The notes beneath the pieces are model-generated. The model was not told where the DNA came from and searched no databases. It worked only from the letters and a program-made list of their open reading frames with translations. From Candidatus Krumholzibacteriia bacterium (lineage in GTDB: Bacteria > Krumholzibacteriota > Krumholzibacteriia > LZORAL124-64-63), in the NCBI GenBank assembly GCA_050174015.1, contig JBFXKG010000004.1, positions 96,001-160,000 of the forward strand: a stretch of DNA of 64,000 nt, read 5' to 3'. The translations under genes were made by a program, and so were the position numbers. This document shows positions 29,231-37,990 of this stretch, piece by piece (the first letter of the stretch is position 1; the number at the start of each line of letters is the position of its first letter).

Positions 29231-30292
29231 ATGACCCCCAAGCCCCGATTCCTCAAGGCGGCCAGCTTCGCCGCCGGCCTCGTCATCGGCCTCGTCCTCA
29301 TCACCGCCGGCTGCGGCCCCGACCGGAAGGAGACACCCCCCGCCGAGCCATCTTCCGCGGCCCTGCGACCCTTCCGTCCCTTCAGCGGCGACCGCTGGAT
29401 CGGCAACGCCGTCTGCTACGGCCCCCACCGGGACGGGCAGCGGCCCGGCGGCCCCGGCCCCACCGCCGCCCAAATCCGGGAGGACCTGGACCTGATGCTC
29501 CCGCACTGGAACCTGCTGCGGGTGTACGGCGCCACCGGCGCCACCCCCATCCTGCTCGAGGAGATCCGGCGCGGCGATCTGGACATGAAGGTCGTGCTGG
29601 GGGTGTGGATCGCTCCCGAGGAGCACCGCGATCCGGAAGGAACCGTGACCGGCCGCGACCCTGAAGCCGCGGCCGCCAACCGGCGCGAGGTCTGGGCCGC
29701 CATCGACCTGGCGAACCGGTACCCCGATCTCGTCGTGGCGGTCTGCGTCGGCAACGAGACCCAGGTCTCCTGGTCGGCCCACCGCAGTCCGCTGGACATC
29801 CTCATCGGCCACGTGCGGACGGTGAGGTCCGCCGTCTCCGTCCCCGTCACCGTCGCCGACGACTTCAACTTCTGGAACAAGCCGGAAAGCCGTGAACTGG
29901 CCGGCGAGCTGGACTTCATCACCATGCACGCCCACCCGATGTGGAACGGGCTGCAGCTGGACGGCGCGCTTCCCTGGCTGCAGGAGCAGGTGAAGGCGGT
30001 CCAGGCTTTTCACCCGGACCGCCCGGTGATCCTGGGGGAGACGGGCTGGGCCACCTCCGTCCACGACGAGGGGGAACAGGCCACGCTGATCAAGGGAGCC
30101 GCGGGCGAGCAGGAACAGAAGACGTTCTTCGCGGAGGTCCGCGCCTGGGCGGAGCACGACCGGCTTCCGGTGTTCTTCTTCGAGGCGTTCGACGAGAACT
30201 GGAAGGGTGGCGATCATCCCGCCGAGGTCGAGAAGCACTGGGGGGTGTTCCGGGCGGACCGGACGCCCAAGGCGGCGGTCAAGGGGTCCTGA
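29231..30292 (+). CDS. Glycoside hydrolase family 17-like lipoprotein (beta-1,3-glucanase/glucanosyltransferase)
   Basis: Lipobox ITAGC; LLRVY, VGNE, LGETGW, FFFEAFDE, EKHWG. Confidence 0.85.
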   Translation: MTPKPRFLKAASFAAGLVIGLVLITAGCGPDRKETPPAEPSSAALRPFRPFSGDRWIGNAVCYGPHRDGQRPGGPGPTAAQIREDLDLMLPHWNLLRVYGATGATPILLEEIRRGDLDMKVVLGVWIAPEEHRDPEGTVTGRDPEAAAANRREVWAAIDLANRYPDLVVAVCVGNETQVSWSAHRSPLDILIGHVRTVRSAVSVPVTVADDFNFWNKPESRELAGELDFITMHAHPMWNGLQLDGALPWLQEQVKAVQAFHPDRPVILGETGWATSVHDEGEQATLIKGAAGEQEQKTFFAEVRAWAEHDRLPVFFFEAFDENWKGGDHPAEVEKHWGVFRADRTPKAAVKGS

Positions 30293-30431
30293 CCCGTTCA
30301 CCGGGACGCGCTCCGCGGGCGGGCCATGCCTCGCCTCCTGCCGGGATTTCGGCGCCACCCCGGCCCTTCCGCCGGGGATTCATGCTATCATTGTCTTCTG
30401 GTGCCACCTGCTCCCTCCTGAAAGGTCCGAC

Positions 30432-33110
30432 TTGAACCCGCTTCAGCTCATCCCGTCACAGCTCCACGCCCGCTGGGCCCTGCTTCTTCTGATCATGCTG
30501 GCGATCCCCGGTCCGGTGGCCTTCGCAGGTGGCCAGGACGTCGCCGACGAGGTCTTCTACCACTACATGCCCATCTGCTGGCGCGACTCGGACAACGACG
30601 CCTACCGGTTCGGCGACTTCGGCGGCATGACCGCCGCCCTGCCCTACCTGACGGAACTGGGCGTGACCGCCATCTGGATGAACCCCGTGTTCCCATCCCC
30701 CGCCTACCACGGCTATCAGCACGGCCGCGCCGACCAGCTGAATCCCTGGTTCGGGACCGAGGCCGACTTCATCGCCTTCATCGAGGCCGCCCACGCCGCC
30801 GGCATCAAGGTCTTCGTGGACTTCGTGGCCTACGGGATCAGTCACGACTCGCCCTGGTACCAGGACGCCTACGGCCATCCCGGCAGTGTGTACGACGACT
30901 GGCTGGCCTTCACCAACCCGGCCAACACCGAGTCCTGGGGATCGACCTACAACACCTGGAACGGTGCGACGGTGGGGCACGTCTGGTGGGACCTGCGCGA
31001 CTCCGGCCCGGTCGGCTTGGTCACCCAGTGGGCGCAATACTGGTTGGATCCCGACGGCGACGGCGACTTCGGCGACGGGCTGGACGGCTACCGGCTGGAC
31101 CACGTCTGGAAGACCTATCCCAACGGGCCCGACGGCTGGGGCTACCACGTCGACACCTTCTGGGCCCCGTGGCGCGACGCTTTGCGCGCGGTGAACCCCG
31201 ACGTCTTCGTCTTCGCCGAGCAGGCCGACTGGGGCAGCCAGGGCGTCGAGCTGCTGGCCGGACTCGACGCCGCCTTCACCAAGCCCTTCGAGTTCGCCGC
31301 CCGCGACGCCCTGCGCTGGGAATTCGCATCCGCACTTTACGACGGGATGGCTGCAGCCACCGCCGCCCTGAACGGTTCGCCCCATCCCGGCACCCTGATG
31401 ACCACCATCGGCAACCACGACGTGGATCGCCTGGCCACCAGTATCGGGGACGATTTCGCCAGGGGGAAGGCCGCCGCCGCGGTGCTGCTGACCCAGCCCT
31501 TCACGCCGGTCATCTACCACGGGGACGAGTTCGGGATGCGCGGCGCCAAGAACACTTCCTACAGCGGGGACGCCGCCGACATCCCCATGCGCGAGCCCTT
31601 CAAGTGGAACGCCGTGGCCGGCCCGCCCATGAGCGACTACGACGTCTTGAACGCCGCGGCCTTCGCCGGGCGCATCGCCCAGGACAACGACGGCCGCAGC
31701 GTCGAGGAACAGTTGAACGTCCCCGGCAGCCTGCTCGAGGCCTACCGCGAGCTGATCGCGGTCCGCAAGGGCAACGTGGCCCTGCGGCGCGGCGGCTACC
31801 ACCCCGTGACCGCCGACGACGGCGGCGTCTGGGCCTTCGTCCGCGCCCATGACGACCAGCAGGCGCTGGTCGTGATCAACGTCACCGGCAACGCCCGCAG
31901 CTTCAGCCTGGACCTGGGCGGGTACGCCATCCCCGGCGGATCGACCCAGCCCGTCGACCTGCTGGGCGGTCCTGCGCCCGCGCAGTTGACCGACGCCAAC
32001 AAGGGCGACTATCCCCTGTCCCTAGGTGCCTTCGGGTACGCCGTCTACGAGCTTTCGGTGGATCCCCCCGCTCCGCCGGCGGTCATCGCCGACGGGCGCA
32101 ACGTCCCCGGCGATTTCGTTCCCCACGCAGCCCTCGCCACCCAGGACGGACCCACCCATCTCGGCGACAACGTCTCGGAGCTGGACCAGCTGTTCGCCCG
32201 CATCTCGGACGACTCGCTCTTCGTCGGCATCACCGGGAACCTCGCCACCGACGGCACCGGTCTCGCCCTGCTGATCGACGCCGCCCCCGGAGGCCAGACC
32301 ACCCTGGACACGAGCACGCTGTCGCCCCCGCCCTCGGGCCCCCAGCACTTGACCGGCCTGCGCCTCGACCCGGGTTTCGAGCCCGAGACCATGATGTTCA
32401 TCAACGCCTACTCGGGGACCATCTACGCCGACAGGGTCGAGTTACCCTCCGGGTCCGGCGCCGTCAAATCCTACGTCGGGCAGGGGATCGTCGGCAGCGG
32501 CAACGGCCTCCTCACCGGCGGGTCGAATCCCGGCGACATCCGGGTCGCCCTCGACAACTCCAACACTTCGGGCGTGACCGGCAGCAGCGTCGCCGACGCG
32601 GGCGCCGCCGTCACCGGCTTCGAGCTCTTCCTGTCCCTGGCGGACCTGGGTCACGCGGGCGGCCCGGTGAGGCTGGCCGCCTTCATCCTCGAGACCAGCG
32701 GGGACGTGAGCAACCAGTGGCTGCCCCCCCTGGGCGGAGTGACGGGATCGCTGGGGATCGCCCCCGACCTGACGACCTTTCCGGGATCGCAATTCGCCGA
32801 GCTGGATGGAGCCTCCGGGGTCGGCCTGCCTGCCGTGAATGGCCTCGAAGCAAGCGCACAGGCGACGGGCGAGGGCGCGGTCTTCCGTTTCACGCTGGTG
32901 GAATCGGGGCCCGTGACCCTGGCCATCCACGATCTGCGCGGCCGGGAAGTTTGTCGTCTTCTGGATGGGATCATACGCCCGGCGGGGCGGCGGAGCGCGT
33001 TCTGGGACGGCCGCTCCGGCGGCGGCCGTCCCGTGGCGTCGGGCGTTTACCTCTTCCGGCTGGAGGCCGGAGGGATGATTGCGACCGGACGGGTGGCCCT
33101 GGTGCGTTAG
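30432..33110 (+). CDS. Secreted GH13 alpha-amylase-family protein with C-terminal FlgD/T9SS-like domain
   Basis: YHGY, DGYRLD, FAE, NHD catalytic regions; WDGR..G..VASGVYLFRL tail; TTG start inferred. Confidence 0.87.
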   Translation: MNPLQLIPSQLHARWALLLLIMLAIPGPVAFAGGQDVADEVFYHYMPICWRDSDNDAYRFGDFGGMTAALPYLTELGVTAIWMNPVFPSPAYHGYQHGRADQLNPWFGTEADFIAFIEAAHAAGIKVFVDFVAYGISHDSPWYQDAYGHPGSVYDDWLAFTNPANTESWGSTYNTWNGATVGHVWWDLRDSGPVGLVTQWAQYWLDPDGDGDFGDGLDGYRLDHVWKTYPNGPDGWGYHVDTFWAPWRDALRAVNPDVFVFAEQADWGSQGVELLAGLDAAFTKPFEFAARDALRWEFASALYDGMAAATAALNGSPHPGTLMTTIGNHDVDRLATSIGDDFARGKAAAAVLLTQPFTPVIYHGDEFGMRGAKNTSYSGDAADIPMREPFKWNAVAGPPMSDYDVLNAAAFAGRIAQDNDGRSVEEQLNVPGSLLEAYRELIAVRKGNVALRRGGYHPVTADDGGVWAFVRAHDDQQALVVINVTGNARSFSLDLGGYAIPGGSTQPVDLLGGPAPAQLTDANKGDYPLSLGAFGYAVYELSVDPPAPPAVIADGRNVPGDFVPHAALATQDGPTHLGDNVSELDQLFARISDDSLFVGITGNLATDGTGLALLIDAAPGGQTTLDTSTLSPPPSGPQHLTGLRLDPGFEPETMMFINAYSGTIYADRVELPSGSGAVKSYVGQGIVGSGNGLLTGGSNPGDIRVALDNSNTSGVTGSSVADAGAAVTGFELFLSLADLGHAGGPVRLAAFILETSGDVSNQWLPPLGGVTGSLGIAPDLTTFPGSQFAELDGASGVGLPAVNGLEASAQATGEGAVFRFTLVESGPVTLAIHDLRGREVCRLLDGIIRPAGRRSAFWDGRSGGGRPVASGVYLFRLEAGGMIATGRVALVR

Positions 33111-33114
33111 CCCG

Positions 33115-34011
33115 CTACTTCGCGAGCAGGATCTTCTGCGTCGAAATCCCGCCGCCGGTCTCCAGACGGACGAAATAGGCCCCGGATGCGGCTCGACGCC
33201 CGCCGTCGTCGTTGCCGTTCCAGGTCACCGCCTGGGGCCCCGGCGAGAACGTGGTCCGGGCGAGGGTGCGCACGAGGCGGCCGCTCATGTCGAACACGTC
33301 GAGGGCCGCGGGCCCCGCCGCGGGCATGACGAAGGTGATGGTGGTGACGGGGTTGAAGGGGTTGGGATAGGCCTTCGGCGCCGCCAGGGCCGTGACCAGG
33401 TCGCCCCGCACGCCCGACAACCCGCACGGTTCCGGCGGACCGGCGGCATCCGTCCCCGTCGTGAACCACACGAAGTACCGCTTCGAGGCCGTATCCACCC
33501 CGACCCCCATGGCCGCCCAGGTTTGGGAAGCCCAGATCCCCTGGTTGAGGATCACGTCGTTGTGGCCAGAGCTGCCCTTCCAGGCGTTCAGCGCCCCGGC
33601 GGGATCCGCGTAACCCTGGGCGGCGATCTCGTACCCCGTCGACGTGTAGGTCCCCTCCGAAATCTCCGACGGCTTCGTCCACATGCACAGGGCCTGGGCG
33701 TGATCAGGAGTGTAGCAGCAGGTGGAGTACGGCGCCCCGGAGACCCCGTACCAGGAGTGCAGGTTGCAGCTGGGGTCGCTGCCCCAGTCGCCGGTGACGT
33801 CGTGAGCGTAGTTGTGATCGGCCACATGCCACTGGGCGACAGCCGTCAACACGGTCGAGACCGGTATGGCGGGCAGGCTGTTCTCCGCCCGGTAATCGTC
33901 GATGAGCTGGATCATCAGCTCCTCGTCCGCGTTGAGGCAGCCGGGGGGCTGGTACTGGGCGGATGCGCCGCCGGCGAGGATCAGACCGAGAATCAACACA
34001 CGCACTACCAC
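33115..34011 (-). CDS. Secreted CAP/SCP-domain protein with FlgD/T9SS-like CTD
   Basis: LIDDYRAEN, AQWH, WKGSSGHNDVIL, MGVG; YPNPFNP...WNG...ASGAYFVRL. Confidence 0.8.
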   Translation of the reverse strand: MVVRVLILGLILAGGASAQYQPPGCLNADEELMIQLIDDYRAENSLPAIPVSTVLTAVAQWHVADHNYAHDVTGDWGSDPSCNLHSWYGVSGAPYSTCCYTPDHAQALCMWTKPSEISEGTYTSTGYEIAAQGYADPAGALNAWKGSSGHNDVILNQGIWASQTWAAMGVGVDTASKRYFVWFTTGTDAAGPPEPCGLSGVRGDLVTALAAPKAYPNPFNPVTTITFVMPAAGPAALDVFDMSGRLVRTLARTTFSPGPQAVTWNGNDDGGRRAASGAYFVRLETGGGISTQKILLAK

Positions 34012-34195
34012 GATGCTCCTCCTGGATGATGAAGTCTTCGAAAGCACTCCCGGAATCATCCCACAGCTCCCGCCAAAATTCTACCGAATTACTCCTGTTT
34101 TGAGAACAAGAGTGTCGCATTCCATGAGGTTGCTGGATGGAGTCGATCTCAACGCCGGACAGCGGACCGTCACCGGGGGGTATGGTCCTGGTGCC

Positions 34196-35041
34196 TTAGC
34201 CAACGACGGTGACGCCCCGTTCATCAACGGCGACCAAACGGAAATCGGGAAATCCGTAATCCGCTCCCTGGGTGTGCACCACCAGGTTGGGAGCGAGCCG
34301 CGCCGTCCCCTCCCCGTGGGTGTGGCCGCACAGCACCGTGAAGCTGCTGTCGGGGTGGGCCGCCGCGGTCCGCGCCAGCAGGTCCCCAACCGCCTTGCAG
34401 GTGAAGTGGGGCAGCCAGTCGGGATCGGAGATGCGGCCCTCGTGCCAGCAAGCCTCGGCGAAGGGGGGAACGTGGGTGAGGACGACCACCTGCCTGCCGC
34501 CGGCTGCCGCAGCCGTGAGTCCGGGTTCCAGGGCGGAGGCCTCCGCATCCCCCAGGCGCTGCAACCTTTCCTGGAGGGCGGTACCCCCTCCGTAGGACCG
34601 GCCGAACCCCCGCCGGTCGAACACCTCGTCCAGTTCCTCGATCAGCAGGTAGTCGTTCAGCACGACTCCCGATCCGGCGAAGTCCCCGAGGCGCGCGTCC
34701 CCCCAGCCTCCGCAGCCCACCAGGGTCGCGCCATCGCCCAGGGCGACCGGACCGGTCTGCGGTAGCCAGCGGAGCAGGGGGTGATCGAGCGCGCCGACCC
34801 TCTGCCGGATGCCCGCGATCGATCCGCCGTAGAAGTCGTGATTGCCGAGGACGAAGGAAATCGGCTTCCCGGTCCTGTCGGCGAGTTCCCGGAGGAAGAG
34901 TTCGAGCCGGGCGGCGGTGGCGATGTCACCCCCGAGCAGGACCGCCTCGACCCCCGCGGCCTCGAGGCGGTCGCAGAACCCGGCAACGCGTGCGGGGTCC
35001 GCATGGTCCAGATGAAGGTCCGTCGACCAGGCGAGGGTCAT
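34196..35041 (-). CDS. Metallophosphoesterase (Icc/CpdA-like)
   Basis: TDLH, GGDI, GNHD, THVPP, CGHTH. Confidence 0.85.
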   Translation of the reverse strand: MTLAWSTDLHLDHADPARVAGFCDRLEAAGVEAVLLGGDIATAARLELFLRELADRTGKPISFVLGNHDFYGGSIAGIRQRVGALDHPLLRWLPQTGPVALGDGATLVGCGGWGDARLGDFAGSGVVLNDYLLIEELDEVFDRRGFGRSYGGGTALQERLQRLGDAEASALEPGLTAAAAGGRQVVVLTHVPPFAEACWHEGRISDPDWLPHFTCKAVGDLLARTAAAHPDSSFTVLCGHTHGEGTARLAPNLVVHTQGADYGFPDFRLVAVDERGVTVVG

Positions 35042-35148
35042 GGCTGATTCCGAGGGCAAGGGGTCTCCTTCCGCATGGAGAAAGGAGGATACTCCCTGGC
35101 GGGACGGCCGTCACCTCTGATGGCCGGCCGCAGGCTGCGGCGCGATGT

Positions 35149-36180
35149 TCACGCGCGGGGCCGGCTCCGGAGCGCCCGGAAGCTGACCATCTTCTGCTGC
35201 TGCTCGTCCCAGAGGTTCATGGCCAGCGACCGCAGGCTGCGCCTGAGGGTCAGGGGAGACACCGCCTGCAGGACGGGGATGGTGTCCTGACAGGCCTGCA
35301 GGTGGTAGTTGGGGATGCGGGGCCGCAGGTGGTGGATGTGGTGCAGGCCGATGTTGCCCGTGATCCACTGGAGGATGCGCGGCAGCTTGTAGTAGGAGCT
35401 GCCCTTCAGGGCTGCGTCGAGGGGATCCCGCTGGTCCCCCGTCGCCCAGTAGGCGTCCTCGAACTGGTGCTGCACGTAGAAGAGCCAGACGCCCATGGTC
35501 CAGGAGATGACGATGACCGGCACCTGCACCAGCAGGTAGGTCTGCCAGCCCACCGTCAGGGCGGCGACCGTGAAGATCCCCGCCAGCGCCAGATTGGTGA
35601 TCATCACGCTGGCGACCGCCCGCCAACCCGACCCGCGGTCGGGGATGCGGTAGGCGATGATCGACAGCCAGAACGGCACCACCAGCAGCAGGAAGAACGG
35701 ATTGCGGACCAGGCGGTAGCCGAGCCGGGTGAGGCGCGGCGCCTTGAGGTATTCCTCCACCGTCATGGTCCAGACGTCCCCGGTGCCCCGGTTGTCGAGA
35801 TCCCCCGCCGTCGCGTGGTGGATGTTGTGGCTCCGCTTCCAGGCGTCGAAGGGCGTGAAGGTGAGGATGCCCGTGACGTACCCCACGATGCGGTTGGCCC
35901 GGCGCGAGGCGAAGTAGGAATCGTGGCAGCAGTCGTGGAAGAAGATGAAGATGCGGATCGACAGGGCCGCCGCCACCGGAGCCATGGCCAGGGTCGCCGC
36001 GTAGGGCCATCCCTCGACCCGGCTGTAGACCATCAGGGCCAGCACCGTCAGGTAGGGGATGATGGTGTTGACGAGCTGCGCGACGGCCTTGCGGGTGTCC
36101 GACCGGCTGAACGGGGCGATGGCCCGGCTCCAGTCGGAGCGACCGCCCGGCTTCCCGGGCGTCCTGGACTCAGTGGTCAT
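35149..36180 (-). CDS. Membrane fatty acid desaturase
   Basis: His boxes HDCCH, HNIHH, HHIHH; YVQHQFE. Confidence 0.92.
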   Translation of the reverse strand: MTTESRTPGKPGGRSDWSRAIAPFSRSDTRKAVAQLVNTIIPYLTVLALMVYSRVEGWPYAATLAMAPVAAALSIRIFIFFHDCCHDSYFASRRANRIVGYVTGILTFTPFDAWKRSHNIHHATAGDLDNRGTGDVWTMTVEEYLKAPRLTRLGYRLVRNPFFLLLVVPFWLSIIAYRIPDRGSGWRAVASVMITNLALAGIFTVAALTVGWQTYLLVQVPVIVISWTMGVWLFYVQHQFEDAYWATGDQRDPLDAALKGSSYYKLPRILQWITGNIGLHHIHHLRPRIPNYHLQACQDTIPVLQAVSPLTLRRSLRSLAMNLWDEQQQKMVSFRALRSRPRA

Positions 36181-36234
36181 GCATCCTCCCCGGGATGGGC
36201 GGCGAAGGGGGCTCCGGTCACGGGCAGGAGCGGA

Positions 36235-37098
36235 TCAATCCCAAGGTAGCACCGCTTGCCCGCGGCGGACAGGGTCGAGGGTGTCCCTGACCGCCCGGGA
36301 GAAGTCGGGGGAATCGCCGGCCGCCCGCGCCCGGTCGTTGATCCGCCACAGCCTGCGGGCTCCGTCCAGATCCTGCTCGCCGCGCAGGCGGCCCAGGCCG
36401 ATCATCAGCTCGTCGGTGTAGCCGGGGAAAACGACCTTCCAGGTGGGGGGCACCATCCCCGGCGCCACGGCGTTGACGTGGTCGCGCAACCGGGACGTGC
36501 AGTTGTCCGTCAGGGTGTTGTACCAGGCGGGTTCGCGCCCCAGGCGATCCGCCTCCACCAGCAGGCTCACGAAGAGGTCGCGGATTCCCGCCCGCGGCGC
36601 CTCAACCGGGAAGAGATAGACGTCGTCGGGCCGCGAGACGGCGCGGTCCAGCAGCAGATCCCGCTCGTCGCCGACGATGTAGATCAGCTCGAAGGTGCGC
36701 AGCAGCCCGCGGTAGATCCCGTACTTCTCGCCCTTCTCCTTGCGGGCTTCGACGCTCACAGCCACGTAGGTCCCGTCGTCGAAGCCGAAGCTGAAGAAGC
36801 CGTGGGCGGGGCCGCGCCAGCCGTCCGGGTGGAAGACCGACAGGCCGTACCACAAGGACTCCAGTCGGCCGAGGTCGTAGGTTCGCGTCTCGAAGGTCCC
36901 GGCCGGGGCACCTCCCGGGGGGAACCGGAAGTCCCGGACGCCTTCGACCACCACCGTGTCCCCGGCGAAGGTGACCCTGGGCGTGACGGCGTGCTCGGGG
37001 ATCCAGTCCCGCTCCAGGGAGGCAGGCCACAGGGCGAAGACCAGCCAGGCGAGGGCGAGGACGGGCAGCAACCCGAACAGAAAGATGCGTTTCTTCAC
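36235..37098 (-). CDS. DUF4105 (Lnb-like) domain protein
   Basis: AHGFFSFGF, SVEARKE, YNTLTDNCT. Confidence 0.8.
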   Translation of the reverse strand: MKKRIFLFGLLPVLALAWLVFALWPASLERDWIPEHAVTPRVTFAGDTVVVEGVRDFRFPPGGAPAGTFETRTYDLGRLESLWYGLSVFHPDGWRGPAHGFFSFGFDDGTYVAVSVEARKEKGEKYGIYRGLLRTFELIYIVGDERDLLLDRAVSRPDDVYLFPVEAPRAGIRDLFVSLLVEADRLGREPAWYNTLTDNCTSRLRDHVNAVAPGMVPPTWKVVFPGYTDELMIGLGRLRGEQDLDGARRLWRINDRARAAGDSPDFSRAVRDTLDPVRRGQAVLPWD

Positions 37099-37332
37099 CG
37101 GCTCGTCACTCCTCCATTCCGGGCGACCCTACTTCCACGGTGAAGGCCAGGGAATCGTTTTCGGGGTCGGCATCGCCGGGGGAACGACCGCAGGCGCCGG
37201 GCATGGGATCCAATGTATCACCCCGGGTCCGGACCTTCAATTCCCGCCGGACCGGTCGGAATTTCCTCGATCCTCCCGGGAATCTGGTACAATGGTCTCA
37301 ATTCTCCACACGATTCCCAAAGGAGGAACCGG

Positions 37333-37911
37333 ATGAAATTTGCTATCGCCACTCTTCTCGTCCTGATCATGGGATCCTCGACCTTCGCAAGCCCGGTCGA
37401 TCCATGGGACGCCATGGTCCTTTCCTTCGGCACCACTTATTACGAGCGCACGGCCTACGCCCCGATGTTGACCCACCTGCCGGTGTACATCATCTACAAC
37501 TGGCCTGAGGAGCCAGCGGTATGGGGTTTCGAGTGCTCCGTGGAAGTCATGGGCGCGACCAACAGCTTGCTGTCGACCACCTCGTTTCCCATGCCTTCGA
37601 TCGACGTCGGGGACAAGAATCCGGTCTCCCATGTGTACAACTTCATCGTGGGGTACAACGAGCCCATGGTGACCCAGGGCCTCACCGTGCTGGCGACCTT
37701 GGACCTGTTCTACCTCGACACCGCCCCCCTGGCGCTCATGCTGGGCGAATCCAACCCCTCGTCCCTGGACGAGGGTTATCCGGCGATCCTTCTGCCCGAC
37801 GGCAGCGTACGGTCGGTTTGGATCGAAAACTGCGCCTGCGTGAACCAGGACTGCTGCTACATCGAGACCGAGGAGACGTCCTTCGGAACAGTCAAGAGCC
37901 TGTTCAGGTAA
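37333..37911 (+). CDS. Secreted hypothetical protein with C-terminal SFGTVKSLFR tail
   Basis: AGGAGG RBS, signal peptide, tail IETEETSFGTVKSLFR*. Confidence 0.75.
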   Translation: MKFAIATLLVLIMGSSTFASPVDPWDAMVLSFGTTYYERTAYAPMLTHLPVYIIYNWPEEPAVWGFECSVEVMGATNSLLSTTSFPMPSIDVGDKNPVSHVYNFIVGYNEPMVTQGLTVLATLDLFYLDTAPLALMLGESNPSSLDEGYPAILLPDGSVRSVWIENCACVNQDCCYIETEETSFGTVKSLFR

Positions 37912-37990
37912 GGTCCGGACATTCCATCTCGAGGAGGACGACCCGCTTCGGCGGGTCTTCCCCTTCCCCGGACAGGCCAACCTCGGTTCT